A DNA stretch of 64,000 nucleotides from Leptogorgia sarmentosa (taxonomy: Eukaryota), in assembly GCA_964658305.1 (NCBI GenBank), contig OZ210885.1, forward strand, positions 24,738,001 to 24,802,000. The letters are read 5' to 3'. The notes under the pieces were generated by a model. The model had not been told where the DNA came from and did not search any database. It was given only the letters and a program-made list of their open reading frames with translations. Shown in pieces: positions 49,003-62,112 of this stretch (its first letter is position 1; every line of letters starts with the position of its first letter). The position numbers and the translations under genes were made by a program.

Positions 49003-51394
49003 CTATTCTATGTCAAACGACCATGCTTGTTCTTGTTTCATGAGGTTTAGGAATTCTTCTGCCAAAGCTATATAGGACTCATATGTTGATGGCAATTCAA
49101 TTAATGGGACGCAAGTACGAATCATTGGTCGTCGCTTGAAACCATCAAGAGAGGAGAATGTAATGGTAATTGAATCACAGGTTATCATGTCACCACCTGT
49201 GGTAAAATTGAGAAATCTTGATAATTCTTTGCCTTCTAACGATTTCACAAACCTTTTAAGATGATCAAAACTTTCTCGCTCAGCATCGTTTGATGGTTCA
49301 GACTTGAACAATTTCACAATTTTCTTGGCAGTGGGAATCTTGCTTTTGATAAACTCTTGCAGGCTCCCAACCGTCTTAAAGTCTGGGAACAACTTTAGTT
49401 GCTGAACAATCGGAGTACAACAATTGACTATATATCTTGGCTTCTGCACAAGTTCCTGGTGGGCCAATTCGTAGATTATTTCATGAATGGTTTCTTTTGA
49501 TGGCAGTCTGAAACACTTTAGGGATGATAAAAACTCAGTTATGTCGTCATTGACTTCATCAAATTCTGGGCTAAGGCACTGGTCCAGAGTGTCTTGGTCA
49601 TCAGCTGCAATATAATCTTTGAAGGAGGTAAGAAGAAATTCTGTAGTAATGCACTGCTCACCAAACAAACATGATGCTATGAACAAGGGAGACAGCTGAA
49701 TGGGGAAGTATTTATATTTCTTGTAGCCAAAAAATAGGATTCGAGCAAAGGCTTCCCATTCCCTCTTTTGCATATCATGACGAATGAACGGCATCTTTGC
49801 TTTCCTGCCTACTGTTAATGAGGTGAAGCATTCATTCCAGAATTGAGTAACAACGTCCAGCACAACTCCTCTGCCTTTACCTGCCTCTGGTTTACCCCTG
49901 GGGTCAATGACTGTAATATCAATGAAGCAATCAATAATGGTAGAATCAGCAAATATTTCAATAAGATCTTTCTGGATATTGCAGCGATGCACAGTTATTT
50001 GTCGAGGAATATCTGCTGCGTACATGCTTATTAATTCCAGTTCATCATCTTTAAAAAAAAACATAACAACTTTAGAAAAAATAATTCCAAAATGAACAAA
50101 CATAATTGCTTTATAATTTACCAATAACAGAGACGAATTACTTTTGTTTCATCTTCGAAAACTTGGTCGAAGTTAATTTAATGGGCCACTAGTAATAGGC
50201 TGTTCACAGGGTTTACATGTGAATTAACCCACAAACATTAGACTTTCCATTCCATACCTGCATATTCCACAGCAGTGCAGGATTCCATACCTGCATCTTC
50301 CACAGCAGTGCAGGATTCCATACCTGCATCTTCCACAGCAGTGCAGGATTCCATACCTGCATCTTGCACAGCAGTGCAGGTATTGACAGATGATGTGCCA
50401 ACTACATCACTACTTGGAAACATTGCATGGTCATTTATGCTGGTAGGGAGAGAAGTTTGATGTGAGAATGTAGAAAGGGAAGGAGGAGCAAATTGAGAGG
50501 AGGGATGACCATCTTTTGAGTCTTCACTTTCTTCATTTTCTTCTACTTCATCATCGTTTTCACTCTAAAGCAATAAACCAATCAATCTACATTTAAAGCA
50601 TATTTAAAACATAAAGACATGAGAGAAAAAACTAAGGTCATACCTTTAATAATTGCCTGCTTGGACGAATATAAATGGGTTTGGATTGAAATAGTCTTTG
50701 GAGGATGACGCCATCAATGCCTTTGGAGGATGGCGCCATCAATGCCTTGATGGCCAGGAGCTAAGCACAATGCTACCAGGGATGTATGCATGGACATTAA
50801 AATTTCTATGTCAACCCCTTCCGGAATTTTCCCATCCAATGCCTCTATTACCGCAATCTCAACTTGAGCTGCTGTCATACCCTTAGTAAACCTACATCCA
50901 GAGATAACATGACCATTTTCCATCAGTGTTAAACGGGCACCTTGCCTTGGTACACACACGGTATCTGGGCCCCCAAGCAGTACCAAGTCACGCAAAAATG
51001 GTCTATTGTCAATCACACTGGGTTTCCTCTGCCGACGTGAAGACTGGGTAGATCTAGGTCGCTGTCCTGAGAAATTGCGTCTTGTCACAAAGTTTCGGTA
51101 ATCATTGCGAACGGCAAGTCGAGGAACGTTCGATTGCTGGAGCGGAGTCCTAGCTGTTGCTCGAGACGAAGATGTTGGCTGAGACGAGCCAGACAGCTGA
51201 CCAGCATCGGCAAAATAATTCGATGAAACAGGCATTTGTTGACGATTAAACACTTGCCTAACTTCATTCTCGACTCTATCGTTTCTTTGCGACGACAAAC
51301 CGGATGACAATTCATCCAGTCTTGTCAACAATTGACGAACTGTATTTTGCATATTATTTTGCATATTATTTTCCACATTATTTTGATCCGCCAT
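49003..51394 (-). pseudogene. IS3EU second gene encoding a HECT-like domain protein (multi-exon, disrupted)
   Basis: The last exon reads EAGKGRGVVLDV..FW, RILFFGY..YFP, FLNFTTG, RRPMIRTCVPLIELPSTY (HECT C-lobe with Cys). The upstream ORF is 50714-51394, and a short duplication near 50700-50750 shifts the frame. Confidence 0.78.
50250..50380 (-). repeat. 33-bp tandem repeat (~4 copies; CTAVEDAGMES if coding)
   Basis: Unit TTCCATACCTGCATCTTCCACAGCAGTGCAGGA. Confidence 0.9.
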
Positions 51395-51789
51395 ATTCGC
51401 GAACGAATAAACATGTGGTCACTGATTCACTGGCACTGAGCTATATAAGTATAGCTCAGTGTTCACTGGTCACGTATAGTAGCAATTACATGAAGTTTCA
51501 GGGAACGTTAATCATTTCTTTGTCAACCGCTGTACATTTGTACTGTCAAAAATCTCGACCCCATTGGAATAATTCTCGACCATATGGAAAATCTTGACCT
51601 TATGGGAAGTTCTCGACAATATGTAAAAATCTCGACCGTGACATCAGATTTTCTCGAGCACTGTGTGAAATTCTCAACCTATATATTGAATAAATCTCAC
51701 ATATTGGTTGGTATTCTCATACATAGGTTGATATTCTCGACAAGCGCTTTATATTCTCGACACGCTTTTGTCACGTTTGGCTTGCCATA

Positions 51790-52001
51790 CATCATCACAC
51801 ATAACCATATCCACAACAACGCAATAATTTCAAAGCCACATCGTTTTAATTAATTTCAAAGCCACATCGTTTTAATTAAAATTCCAAGACCCAATCACAT
51901 ATCACAATATAATCATCCAACGCTCATCCACTACCATTCCTCACAACAATCATTACACACGTATATCAACCACCATCCTCCATCATCATGTCTGTTTCCA
52001 C
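51790..52001 (+). repeat. Unclassified repeat X, third fragment (target of IS3EU; probably continues left of 46889)
   Basis: Matches 3750-3925 with a ~25-bp internal duplication. Confidence 0.85.
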
Positions 52002-52425
52002 CACTGAGCTATAAGAAGACTGGAGAGAGTGCAGGTACTTTTTTATGAGGTTATGCAATAACCAAGGTTAACAGCTAGGAAACCAGGCCTCCATGCGTCA
52101 ACGCACCATGTGATCGAGGGGGAGAGGTAATACGAGAGCGGTCGAAGGCCGGGCATCAGTTATCGTTGTGCGGCGAATCGTGTTAGTAAATTTTTTTTTT
52201 GTTCTGTTTTTGGGCATAATATTTAAAAATTCCACCAATTCTTTGAATTGGTGTGAAGGTGTTAGCTCGGTCAAGGGGTGGTCAGCTTAAGATACCACTG
52301 GCACGGACCTTAACCTGAGTCCAAGTAACTACGTTCGCCCCAGGCCACCGCTCGGTCATCCGGGCTAACACCTCACCATCCAAACGGGTAAGTATGGTGA
52401 ACGAAGGTGTTAATCAGATAAAAGA

Positions 52426-54658
52426 GTGTCTCCAAAATAAAGGCGTGGATTCATGTGATTCGTCATCATTACCATGACAGCAAATACTCCGTCCTCATGG
52501 TAGGCAGCACTGACCAGGCTCAAATCTGAGCCCGCTGCTGTTTTCACACCCCCCTGGTTTTTTTCAAAAAAATTTTTGTTTTTGCAGAGCTTTGACTGCT
52601 TTTTATTAAATTTTCGTTTGTTTTCAATCTTTGTTTTCATGTTTTCGAGATATTTACAGACCATGAAGGCCATACATATTTTTTTCGTAACATTGATTGA
52701 TATGAAAGACGATAAATTTACAAATCAAGGCTCCTGAAAATTTTATTGAATACACCGTTTGATGATCTTGTTTTTCGTTCAGTGCGAATTCAGTAGAAAA
52801 GTATATACATACGGTTGGTGAATTTCCTATTATTTCAACTGCTAATGACTAATCTTTGTGGTATGCACATAGTTTTGACGATGAACTATCTTGAGACATG
52901 AACTATGGTGATGACAAAACAGCTGTCAGTACTTGTCACCTGAGAGTGTCAAGTTGTCAGTACTTGTCACCTGAGAGTGTCAAGTTAAGACCTGAGGAAC
53001 TCGTTTTATAAATAAACCCAACTTTGCTGCAGGCTGTTACTTGTAAAGGATAAATTAGGGTGGATAGATTTTCATTTTAAATCAAAGCACAGATTGCAAT
53101 CATTGCATTATAATTACTGTATGCATGTAATTCTGCCCAAACTGCTAAACACACACAAATTTCCTGTGGGGATAGTGTAAACCAACCTAGGTAAAAGGCT
53201 AGTACAGTACAGAGTTGGCTGACTGGAAAGGTTTAGGACTAGTTAAGGTTATGATCAGGTTGGTTATCAGTCATTTAAGAAGGCTATTCAAGTGTTGTGG
53301 ATGGACTCTTAAGCCAGGTCATTCTGTTGTTTTACCACTTTACCCTTTGTCATTTTCACACTAATATGAACACATTCTGAACAATTTCACTCTGTATAAT
53401 ATATTTTTTGTTTATTACAGATTTTTCCATAAAGACAGACACCAATTATAAATCTTTGGAGTTGTAGTCAGGAATTCATCAATTTCAAGATATCTTTATA
53501 CAATTATTAGCAGCAAGCAATTTAAAAATGTACTAATATATATATTTTTTAAATACATATGCTCTGCTAGAAGACTAAATTCTACAATTTAATAAAATTA
53601 TCATAATATGTTATAAATATGACTGCACTTTGTTGTTATCTTTTTGGTGCCATATCCCTTCTGGTGCCTTCATACTAGAGTACTGCATGAGCAGATAATT
53701 CCTGGAAAATACAAGACAATACCATAACACATTTGCTGATTTCTTAGCCCATTAGATCTCATTAATACACAAGGTTTCCCTTGTTAAACAAACAACATTT
53801 TGGAGTTGATCTCACAAGGTATAAAAACAAGGCAAGGTGTATTCAAGCAATGTAATCCATAAAGTTGCAATGCAGACAACCTTCCAGGAAATTATACTTC
53901 TTAGAAGGAAACTTCTGCCCTTCAATTAATAGATGCACCAACTATATCTCGGGAGTGCTTTAAATTTTCTAACAGAAAGAGATGGCTATGCATAGCTAAA
54001 AAACAGCTGTCAACTTGAAGCCTCTTAAAGGCACATTGTTTGTCCATTAGACCAGACTGTAAGTGCAAGTGTCTAACTCAGTACAAAAATCCTCACTACA
54101 ACTTAACTTGATCTCAACTTATACAGGACGTTTTATTTTAATACTGTAAAAACACCAGGCCATCCCATGTTTTAGCAAAAAAATGCTAGAGCTCACATAT
54201 GATACAATAAACAAAATGCGAAACTGTCGAAACAAACATATTTTCCATTAACAAGACGTTTCATTCCGAATTTCTGCTGTTTATAATAGCAGTTTTTAAT
54301 GCACTATCACATTTTCTAAATTTTATAAAATAGAGCTCGAAAAAATGAAAAGATGGAGTTTGACAATCAAAGTAGTTTCAAAAATCTTACCTGAAACAAC
54401 TGTATAGTGAATTATTGTGTAGGGAAAACACAACTTTTTCTCCGTGTGGCAAAAAGAGAAACGTGAGCTGCAAAAGCTGCGGAAAAAACTTGTCAAAATA
54501 CAATAAAAAAAAATTATGAAAAAATATCTTGCAAAACCAGGGGGGTGATTTCCATACTCGGACATTGAGGATCGCGGTTGGTCAGTGGTGCCTACCATGA
54601 GGACGGAGTATTTGCTGTCATGGTAACGGCTTGAAATCCGCCATGTTTTTGGAGACAC
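52426..54658. mobile_element. Non-coding element bounded by imperfect inverted repeats
   Basis: GTGTCTCCAAAA..TTACCATGACAGCAAATACTCCGTCCTCATGGTAGGCA..CACCCCCCTGGTTTT at 52426-52562 is mirrored at ~54533-54658. No TSD was identified and the superfamily is unknown. Confidence 0.6.
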
Positions 54659-55216
54659 CAGGGCGGACATATACCGGGCGGTGAAACGCAATAAAAGCGT
54701 CTAATGAAACGTGTGATACGCCACGCCCACTAAACGCCCGTCGCATTCCGCGCTTCCGGTTAATTTGAAACTAAAATATGCGTTGTAATTTTCATACCAG
54801 GGATTCTCTAATTTCAAATTTCTCAGTCTATACTGTGTATAATTCCTTAGTTTTTTTGATATTTTGGAAACGTTTTAACTTAGTTTGCAGTTGTGTATAA
54901 TTATAACTCCTGATTATCTTGTTAAACATCATAAAAATCGCATACAAAGGCAATAGTATAAAGATAAAATTTGAGCAAAATTTTGAGGTGCCTGCCATCA
55001 TTTTTCGCTTGTGAGAAGACATCACGAAACACCTGTCTGAATTTTGCAAATCTTGAAACAGGACAAATTTTCTACATCTGGTGAAATTTCCAGGTTGATA
55101 TAATTTGATATAATTGAGTTATTGACACTTGCAAACACGGTTGAACTTGGCCATCCATTTCACTTGTGACCTGCGACCTTATATATTTCAAAGTTTCAAC
55201 TTCAAACGTAGTAAAT

Positions 55217-58200
55217 ATGGAAGTCGAAACATCTTGTTCACGCTCAAGTCAAGTAAAACGACCTCTGAGCACACCAACAAAACCATATTCAAAGCGCGAG
55301 GCAAATTTCAGCACACCACTATATAAAGTTGCAATTTTAAAGGATTTCTCGAGAATATTCAGCACAACAGACGCAGATGAAGTAACAAAACCAAGTGCAT
55401 TATTGAATTTCACTGAAAAAGTTCTCTGTTGGTGAAACATCAGATCAATCAAATGTGAATATGCCATCAACTGAAAGAAAGCCAGACATTCAGGATAACA
55501 CGAGTTTGATTCCTCCTGGGTTAAGCAATTTAGTGACACTAAATTTCAGAGCTGGTATGCGTGTGTTGGAGTGCGAAATATTACTATATTCTCTATTGGT
55601 CGTGTGTTTTCCAAAGTCAAGCTTTAGGGCTAGGTACTACTCAAAGTACTCTAGTATATCGAAAGCAATTCATCAGGTTTCTGGTGTCTTATTAGATCCT
55701 ACTGCCATATCCAACTATTTGTATCGGTCAAATAACAATCTGTCGAAGGGGCTCGGAAAAACAAAAGGTGAAGGAAGCCTAAAATCCTGTCTAAGGTGGA
55801 AAGCCTACATGAAAAGTATTGAGAAAATTGTAAACAGTCACCAAGATACACTTGAAAATCTTTGTTCATGCTCTGACGTTTCTTCTAGCGAACTTAATCA
55901 ACTCAGAGAGGATTTGAAAAAGGTAAACGCCCTTTCAGAATCCACTACACCTTGTAATAATTTATATTCTGGTATTAACACAGATACACCTTTCAAGTCC
56001 AGCTTAATTGAGACTTTTAATATGGATGACTTTCCGAAGTGGAAAAGTAGTTTCAACACACCAGATTCAACAGCACATCTATTTTATTTCGGAGGAAATT
56101 CTGGTTATTGCGAAGTTGAGGTAATAATTAATGACGAAGGATTTTGGAAAATATATTTGGAAGGAAAACTAAGGACGAATATTAATCTTGAGTGGTTAAA
56201 TATTCCCTCAGAAATTGCATTTCTTAAAGATATCAAGGCACTTATGCTGGCAATTCAAGGTTTGAAAATTTGTGCTGGGTGTAAATTTGATCATTATGGA
56301 ACAATTGTACCTGATGATTTATCTGTGCCTGTATTTCATACTCGTAGTGGAGAACCAGCTGCATTTGTAGAAAACAATCCATCCCAACACCATAAAAAGG
56401 TAATCCGATCTGCATTTTGTTTGCTGTTCATACCACATGACGAATTAATATCGCCTAAAAACATTTGTGCTGCATGTGAACAAACACAAAACTACTTGCG
56501 CACACTTAAATCAAGAAAAGCACAAATTGTACAAGGAAGGGAACAAGATAGTTCCAAATTTACTCGTTTTGACTATCTTACCAAAGATGAACTGCTCAAC
56601 CTTATCCGAAAGAGAACAAAAGAAATGAGGTATCTACAAGATAGAGTTAAAAAACTGGAAGAACACCGAGAAAAAATGGTTGAAGTTGGAAAAAGCACAG
56701 ATGATGACTTCACCATAATGTTTCAGAACTTGTATAAGGGTATGAAGTCTAGGAATGAAAATTTGCAGAATCCGAAATGTTTGTGGAATGCATGCAGTTC
56801 TGAAAAAGAAAGGTTTGTTGATGTTGAACAATTGTATGATCATGTTAAATTGCATATTGAGGCAATAAACAATGATATTGCACCAATTGAAAGACTGTAT
56901 AAATGTGAATGGGACAACTGTACCAAAGAATTTACAAAAAAGAAACTTCTATTAAACCATCTAAGGGAACACACTGGAAGTTCAAGTGATCAATTTTTTC
57001 AGATATTACTTAATGACCAATCAAAAGCCTTGGTATTACCCAAGAACAAATGAGATGGCACCCCTTAGTTATCAAATGGTGTTTACGGATGTATGCTAAA
57101 TCCCACTCTGCATATGAAGATTTACGAGAAACAGGATTTCTAAAATTGTCAAGTGGGAGGCTTCTTTCAGATTATAAAAATTTTTCCTCTTCTAGATCTG
57201 GGTGGCAAATGTCGACACTTCAAGCAATGAAGAAAAACTTTGAAAAGGCAAACATTGGAAAACATGGACTCCTTGGAGGCTTATTTTTTGATGAGGTAAA
57301 AATCAAGGAAGGACTCGTTTTTGATCCTTCAACTTTTGAGTTAATTGGATTTGCAGATATTGAAAATAATATAGATGACCTCGAAGTACCGTGTGCTTCC
57401 AAACAGATGGAAAATGATGAAAAACCAGAAGAAAAGTTGGCTACACATGTTCTACAATTCTTTTACAAGAGTTTGTTTGCAAAATTCGACTTTCCTTGTA
57501 GCTTCTTCCTCACGAAAGGTATAACAGCATTAAAATTGAACAGACTGTTCTGGCAAGGAGTCAGCTTGCTCCATGGGTTTGGTTTTTCTGTTATGGTTGC
57601 ATGCTGTGATGGAGCAGCAGAGAACAGGGCCTTCATGGATATGAACATAACTGATAAAACAAAAAGCATGTGCTACAATCATTTTTCGAAAGTACCTCTA
57701 TTCTTTATTTCTGACCCGCCACATCTAATGAAAAAACTCAGAAATAACATATATAACAGTGGATTTAAGGAACAGAATAAGCGCTATACCCGCACTCTTG
57801 AAAAAGACAATAAGTATATTTTATGGAGCCATATTTATTCTGTTTATGAAAGAGACAAAAAACGAAGACTTTATGCAACAGACCTGCGTGCAGCACATGT
57901 TAATTTAGATAGTCTAAGTAAGATGAGGGTGAAGCTTGCTGTTAAGACACTTTCAGGAAAAGTATGAGAGGAAATGGCCAAGTATGAAAACAGTCTCACA
58001 CAGTCTACTCAAGAATATATCAGAATGTGTGAAACTCTTTGGAGTGTCTTTAATGACAGTAAACCAATTCGACTATTAACAGATCATCGGATAACACAAT
58101 TGACGGAAGTACTGGACTTCTTTACAAAATGGAAACAAGAACTTTCTGGTGTATACAAGACAAAGTCAGAAGTGTCGGATCATTTTATAACATGGCAAAC

Positions 58201-58708
58201 AATGTTTGACATCCAGGTACTGTACATAGTGTATGGATATGGATACATTATTCAGCCTCTCCCCATCAGGCTCTTCAGTGGCCAATTACATGGATTATGC
58301 TTGCCCATATTACCTAGTACTAGTACTTTACTTATTGCAGTTCACATTTTGCATTTTCAGGTATCAATCAATGGGCTGAAAGGACTTTTAGAACATCTGA
58401 ACAGTGAACAATTCACTAAAACATATGGAAACTTGTACATAATACCAAAAAAGATAAGTCAAGATATTGTGGAATCATTTTTTTCGTTACAGAGACAAAT
58501 GTGTGGAGGATCCCACAATATGACTGGTTTCACTTATGACTATAATGTGAATGGGCTTATGTCATTCAGGCATTCAAAACTTGTTTCAAACAAGCAAACA
58601 AATGTTTATGAGGTTGAGGAATGCTTCAAACTTGCAGAAAATAATGAATGCCTTTCAAGACGAGGAACCAGTGGTGGTTTTGCTGTGAGATGGACAGTTG
58701 AAATTTAG
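55217..58708 (+). pseudogene. THAP-less P-element-like transposase with two C2H2 zinc fingers
   Basis: RWHPLVIKWCL, FDEVKIKEGL (D), CDGAAENR (D), SDPPHLMKKLRN, KMRVKLA, SQDIVESFFS (E). Upstream are CLWNAC..HVKLH and CEWDNC..HLREHTG. Intron 58217-58360; stops and frameshifts present. Confidence 0.85.
58232..58290 (-). repeat. Probable short LINE/SINE 3' tail inside the intron
   Basis: Minus strand TTGGCCACTGAAGAGCCTGATGGGGAGAGGCTGAATAATG followed by TATCCA repeats; resembles L2/CR1-type tails. Assignment from memory only. Confidence 0.4.
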
Positions 58709-59614
58709 CGATTCTGTTTGCAACTAGAGAAAAGATATATATTATTTACATTTTAAATTGCTTACATTTAAACAGTTACTATATTTTGTTAGGTCAAGAA
58801 AAAACTAAATGGTCTTTTACAAAGATATAACATACAATATAATTATATATTTCCAATAATATGTACTACATACCTTTTCTGGAAACTTGACAACAAATTC
58901 TGCATCTCCTGAACACAACAAATCAATCTGCTTGGACTTCTTTTTTCCATTAAGACCTGGTTTTCCAAATGATGACAACAACCTTGTTAACTCTTTCCCA
59001 GTAAGATGCACAAGAGTTTCTTTTGGTTCCCCACTCATTACAATTTCATACATACAACGTTGAACCCATTCTGGGTTATGAAATTCCTGGCGAAGCTTTG
59101 ATATGATTATAGGTATGCTGCTTTTTGCTTCGGGTAAGTTCTGTATTTGTTTTTCATCTTTGCTTTTAGCAGACTTTTTTCCATTTAGTCCTTCTCTGAG
59201 AGATACACTTCCTTTCTTGGGCTTGAGAGCAAACTTTTCTCTCATAATGTGTTGCTTAGATTTCACGAACATTAGACAGATTTTCTCCAGTACAAAAGCA
59301 CTTTCAGGTTTTGTAAATCCATGGTGCTGAAGTAATAATAGCCACTTCATTCTCAATTCATGGTCTGATGCCAGGGACTTAAAACAGTTGACTACAACCT
59401 GACTACCTTAAAATATAATATGTAGAATAAATTTTTACTAGAAAATTAATGCAGTTGAAAATAGACTTGATTGGTTATTAATGGTTGACAAGAGACATGG
59501 GCAGACTAAGACACAATACCTGTACCTCAAAGAAAAGCTTACAACATCATACCTGTAACATCAGCTCAAAGAAAAGCTTGATGTAATAAAATAATTTGGA
59601 AGACTTTATAGCCA

Positions 59615-61625
59615 AAAAAAGGAAATCCGCACGTTCAAATTTCGCGTGCTCGACATTATTTTGTTGAATTTGTGACCTCTGACCTTCATGTTATAATAAT
59701 AATACGGAGTGTAACAATGAACGGGCGATTATACAGCACTCAACAAATGTATAACCTGTAGGCTACCTCTGCGTAGTAATAGAAATTCAGTCTATTCACA
59801 ATTTTAGGCCAACGTTAAATTTACTTTTATTCGCCTACATATATAGTTTAATTCTACTGCTGCGAAATTGAAGAATCCCTGAGTCGCCACTAATCATGTA
59901 AACAATCTAGACAAGCAACCCAAGCTTACTGAAGCTGTCGACTATTTTCTATCAGTATTACAGTATGATCATGAATCATGTCGTCTATTTAGTCGACTAA
60001 AATAGATTACAAGGCAAAAGCAGGCAACTGGCTCAATTTCATTGCAGTAAATCATTATTTCGTTTACATTGGGAGTACATGAATGGGAATATTTCCATAA
60101 CTGCTAGGCCGCGACTATGGCGAGAACAAATGGAACAAACACGTTCAAATAAATGCGTGAAGCGAATACACCGACCATTATATATCAGGCCCCGTCCACA
60201 CGTATCCGGATAAATTTGAAAACGCATAAATATTTATACGGTTACGGGTTCCGTCCACACGTAAACGGCGTTTTCGCCCACTGAAAACGGATAAATTTGA
60301 AAACGCTCTCCAGAGTGGATAAATTTGAAAACGCCGGCCAAGCGGATCCGTGTGGACGCCTTATCCGGATAAATTTGAAAACGATTTGAAAACGATGACG
60401 TAACAACTCGAACCCAGTGCACTCGGAAGCAATGGTCGAACATAATAAAAGCTCAGAATCAGAAGTATTTTCTTTTGATGGTTGTTGATGCGATACAAGC
60501 GCTTTTTAAAAACAAAATTTAGTGTGGCGTTTTGACAGAGCGCGTTCTACTCACATCTCTATTGTTATTGTTTGAAAGACATTGAAATAATTTATTGTGT
60601 TGTGGATTAACTGTGACATTTTTAACATTCCATTTTAAAACTTGCGTTTGTTGTTAACATTAGCCAATAATGCGCGCATTTTAGCTGTGCTGTTTTGATC
60701 AAAACAAACTCGCATTTATATTAGCCGATGAGCATGCGGGCACACATTTTTTTCTCTAAAGAGCATGCTCGGTAGGCGATGTCAGCGTTTTCAAATCGTT
60801 TTCGCGTTTACGTGTGGACGCCAAAAACGATTCAGAAACGACAACGTGTGGACGCAGACTTTTTTGAAAACGGATAAATATTTATGCGTTTTCAAATTTA
60901 TCCGGATACGTGTAGACGGGGCCTCAATCAATCGTATGAACTAAATAAGATTTAAAATTATGGTTTTCTTGTTGCGACGAGTTTACTGTGTTACTGCATT
61001 AAGTGTACCCTCAAGGCAAATACGGCAAACTAAAAAATGTATGCAGATTTATAATATCCACGGCAGCAGTTGATAGTATTGTATAGGCTATAGCTATTTT
61101 TGTTCATGACAACCCATACTTGTTTTCTAGATTCATCGCAGATATTCAAATAACATTTCAACCGCTTTGGCAACATGTTCAAACATTGTTGAAACTTGGC
61201 CACATTACTGATTCAATGTCGCACTCCTTAGCGTCCGCCATATTGTATTACACAAATATTTCTTCATCCCACGAACACGTGCTGAGTTGCATTTTCGCAA
61301 AAATCCAAATTCCGGAGGGGCTTTGCGGCATTGTGTACTATAACTTGAGGCATCTTAGATTACATTACTTCCCTAGCTATATTTCTTATCCATACGAATG
61401 ACTGCAAACAATTATGAACAATAGTATAACGTTACAATTGGATAATTTTTGCTTGAAAATTGAAAGGATATCGGTACACTAAGGAGTTTCGCACATCAAC
61501 AGAAATTGGGACGCTCCCCCCGGAGTTTACACTATGACTGAATAGCTGAATGACTCGATGACTGATCTGAATTTCCCCACTCATCACAATACTGCAAAGT
61601 TTCTTTGAAACTTTGCACTAAAAAG
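59615..61625 (-). mobile_element. Possible non-autonomous Helentron/HINE-like element in the intron
   Basis: Minus strand starts TTTTTAG, then the hairpin TGCAAAGTTTC-AAA-GAAACTTTGCA and CAGT/CATT-like microsatellite. The other end has a GCACG..CGTGC hairpin before a T-run. The left boundary is uncertain. Confidence 0.4.
60188..60923. mobile_element. PIF/Harbinger-type MITE
   Basis: TIR GGCCCCGTCYACACGTATCCGGATAAATTTGAAAACGCATAAATATTTAT with 3-bp TSD TCA. Internal GGATAAATTTGAAAACG repeats. Confidence 0.9.
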
Positions 61626-62112
61626 TAGAATGCACTATGGAGTTGCAACTTGGTTGATTACAATGTAAAATGCAGTTTAGTAATTAGTATTGAATTGTAC
61701 ATTATTTTTATAATACCTTCTGCGTACAGATGTGACTTAGTGAGTAAACTGCCAACTCTGTCATGGAGGAATATAAAAAAATGTAAGGTGCGTGTAGTAG
61801 GAATAAACTTATACAATCCATCGCTCTGTCTTTCATCTTCTCCGAGTTTAGAAATCACTTCCAGGGCTCTGGATTTGTCGATCTGGTGAAAATCATTCGT
61901 ATTTGTTGCCTGCAGAATTCTAAGTTGTTCGTCAGAAGCATGTTTTATGATGTCTCTAGCTCTCTTGATAGCCCATCCTGCATGGTAGGAAATTGCTGAT
62001 AGCTCCATGGAATCCGGTTCAGCATTTGGACAATCTGTTTCTACATTTATGTTTTGAAATGTTGAACCAACAGTACTCCAGAAATGCTGTAAAATATGTT
62101 GCAGTACGTTTT

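Larger units (their letters stand above)
46890..51789 (+). mobile_element. IS3EU DNA transposon (complete ends, two convergent genes)
   Basis: ~300-bp near-perfect TIRs starting TATGGCAAGCCAAACGTGAC and a 6-bp TSD CATCAT (46884-46889, 51790-51795). TAY..RTA ends with a 6-bp TSD match IS3EU. Confidence 0.92.
58817..62112 (-). pseudogene. Convergent multi-exon partner gene resembling a P-transposase C-terminal domain; truncated by IS3EU-2
   Basis: Exon 62112-~61716 (open frame NVLQHILQHFWS..ELSAISYHAGWAIKR..DGLYKFIP) and exon ~59407-58874 (LASDHELRMKW..VLEKICLMFVKSK..SLREGL), separated by a large TE-filled intron. Confidence 0.55.
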
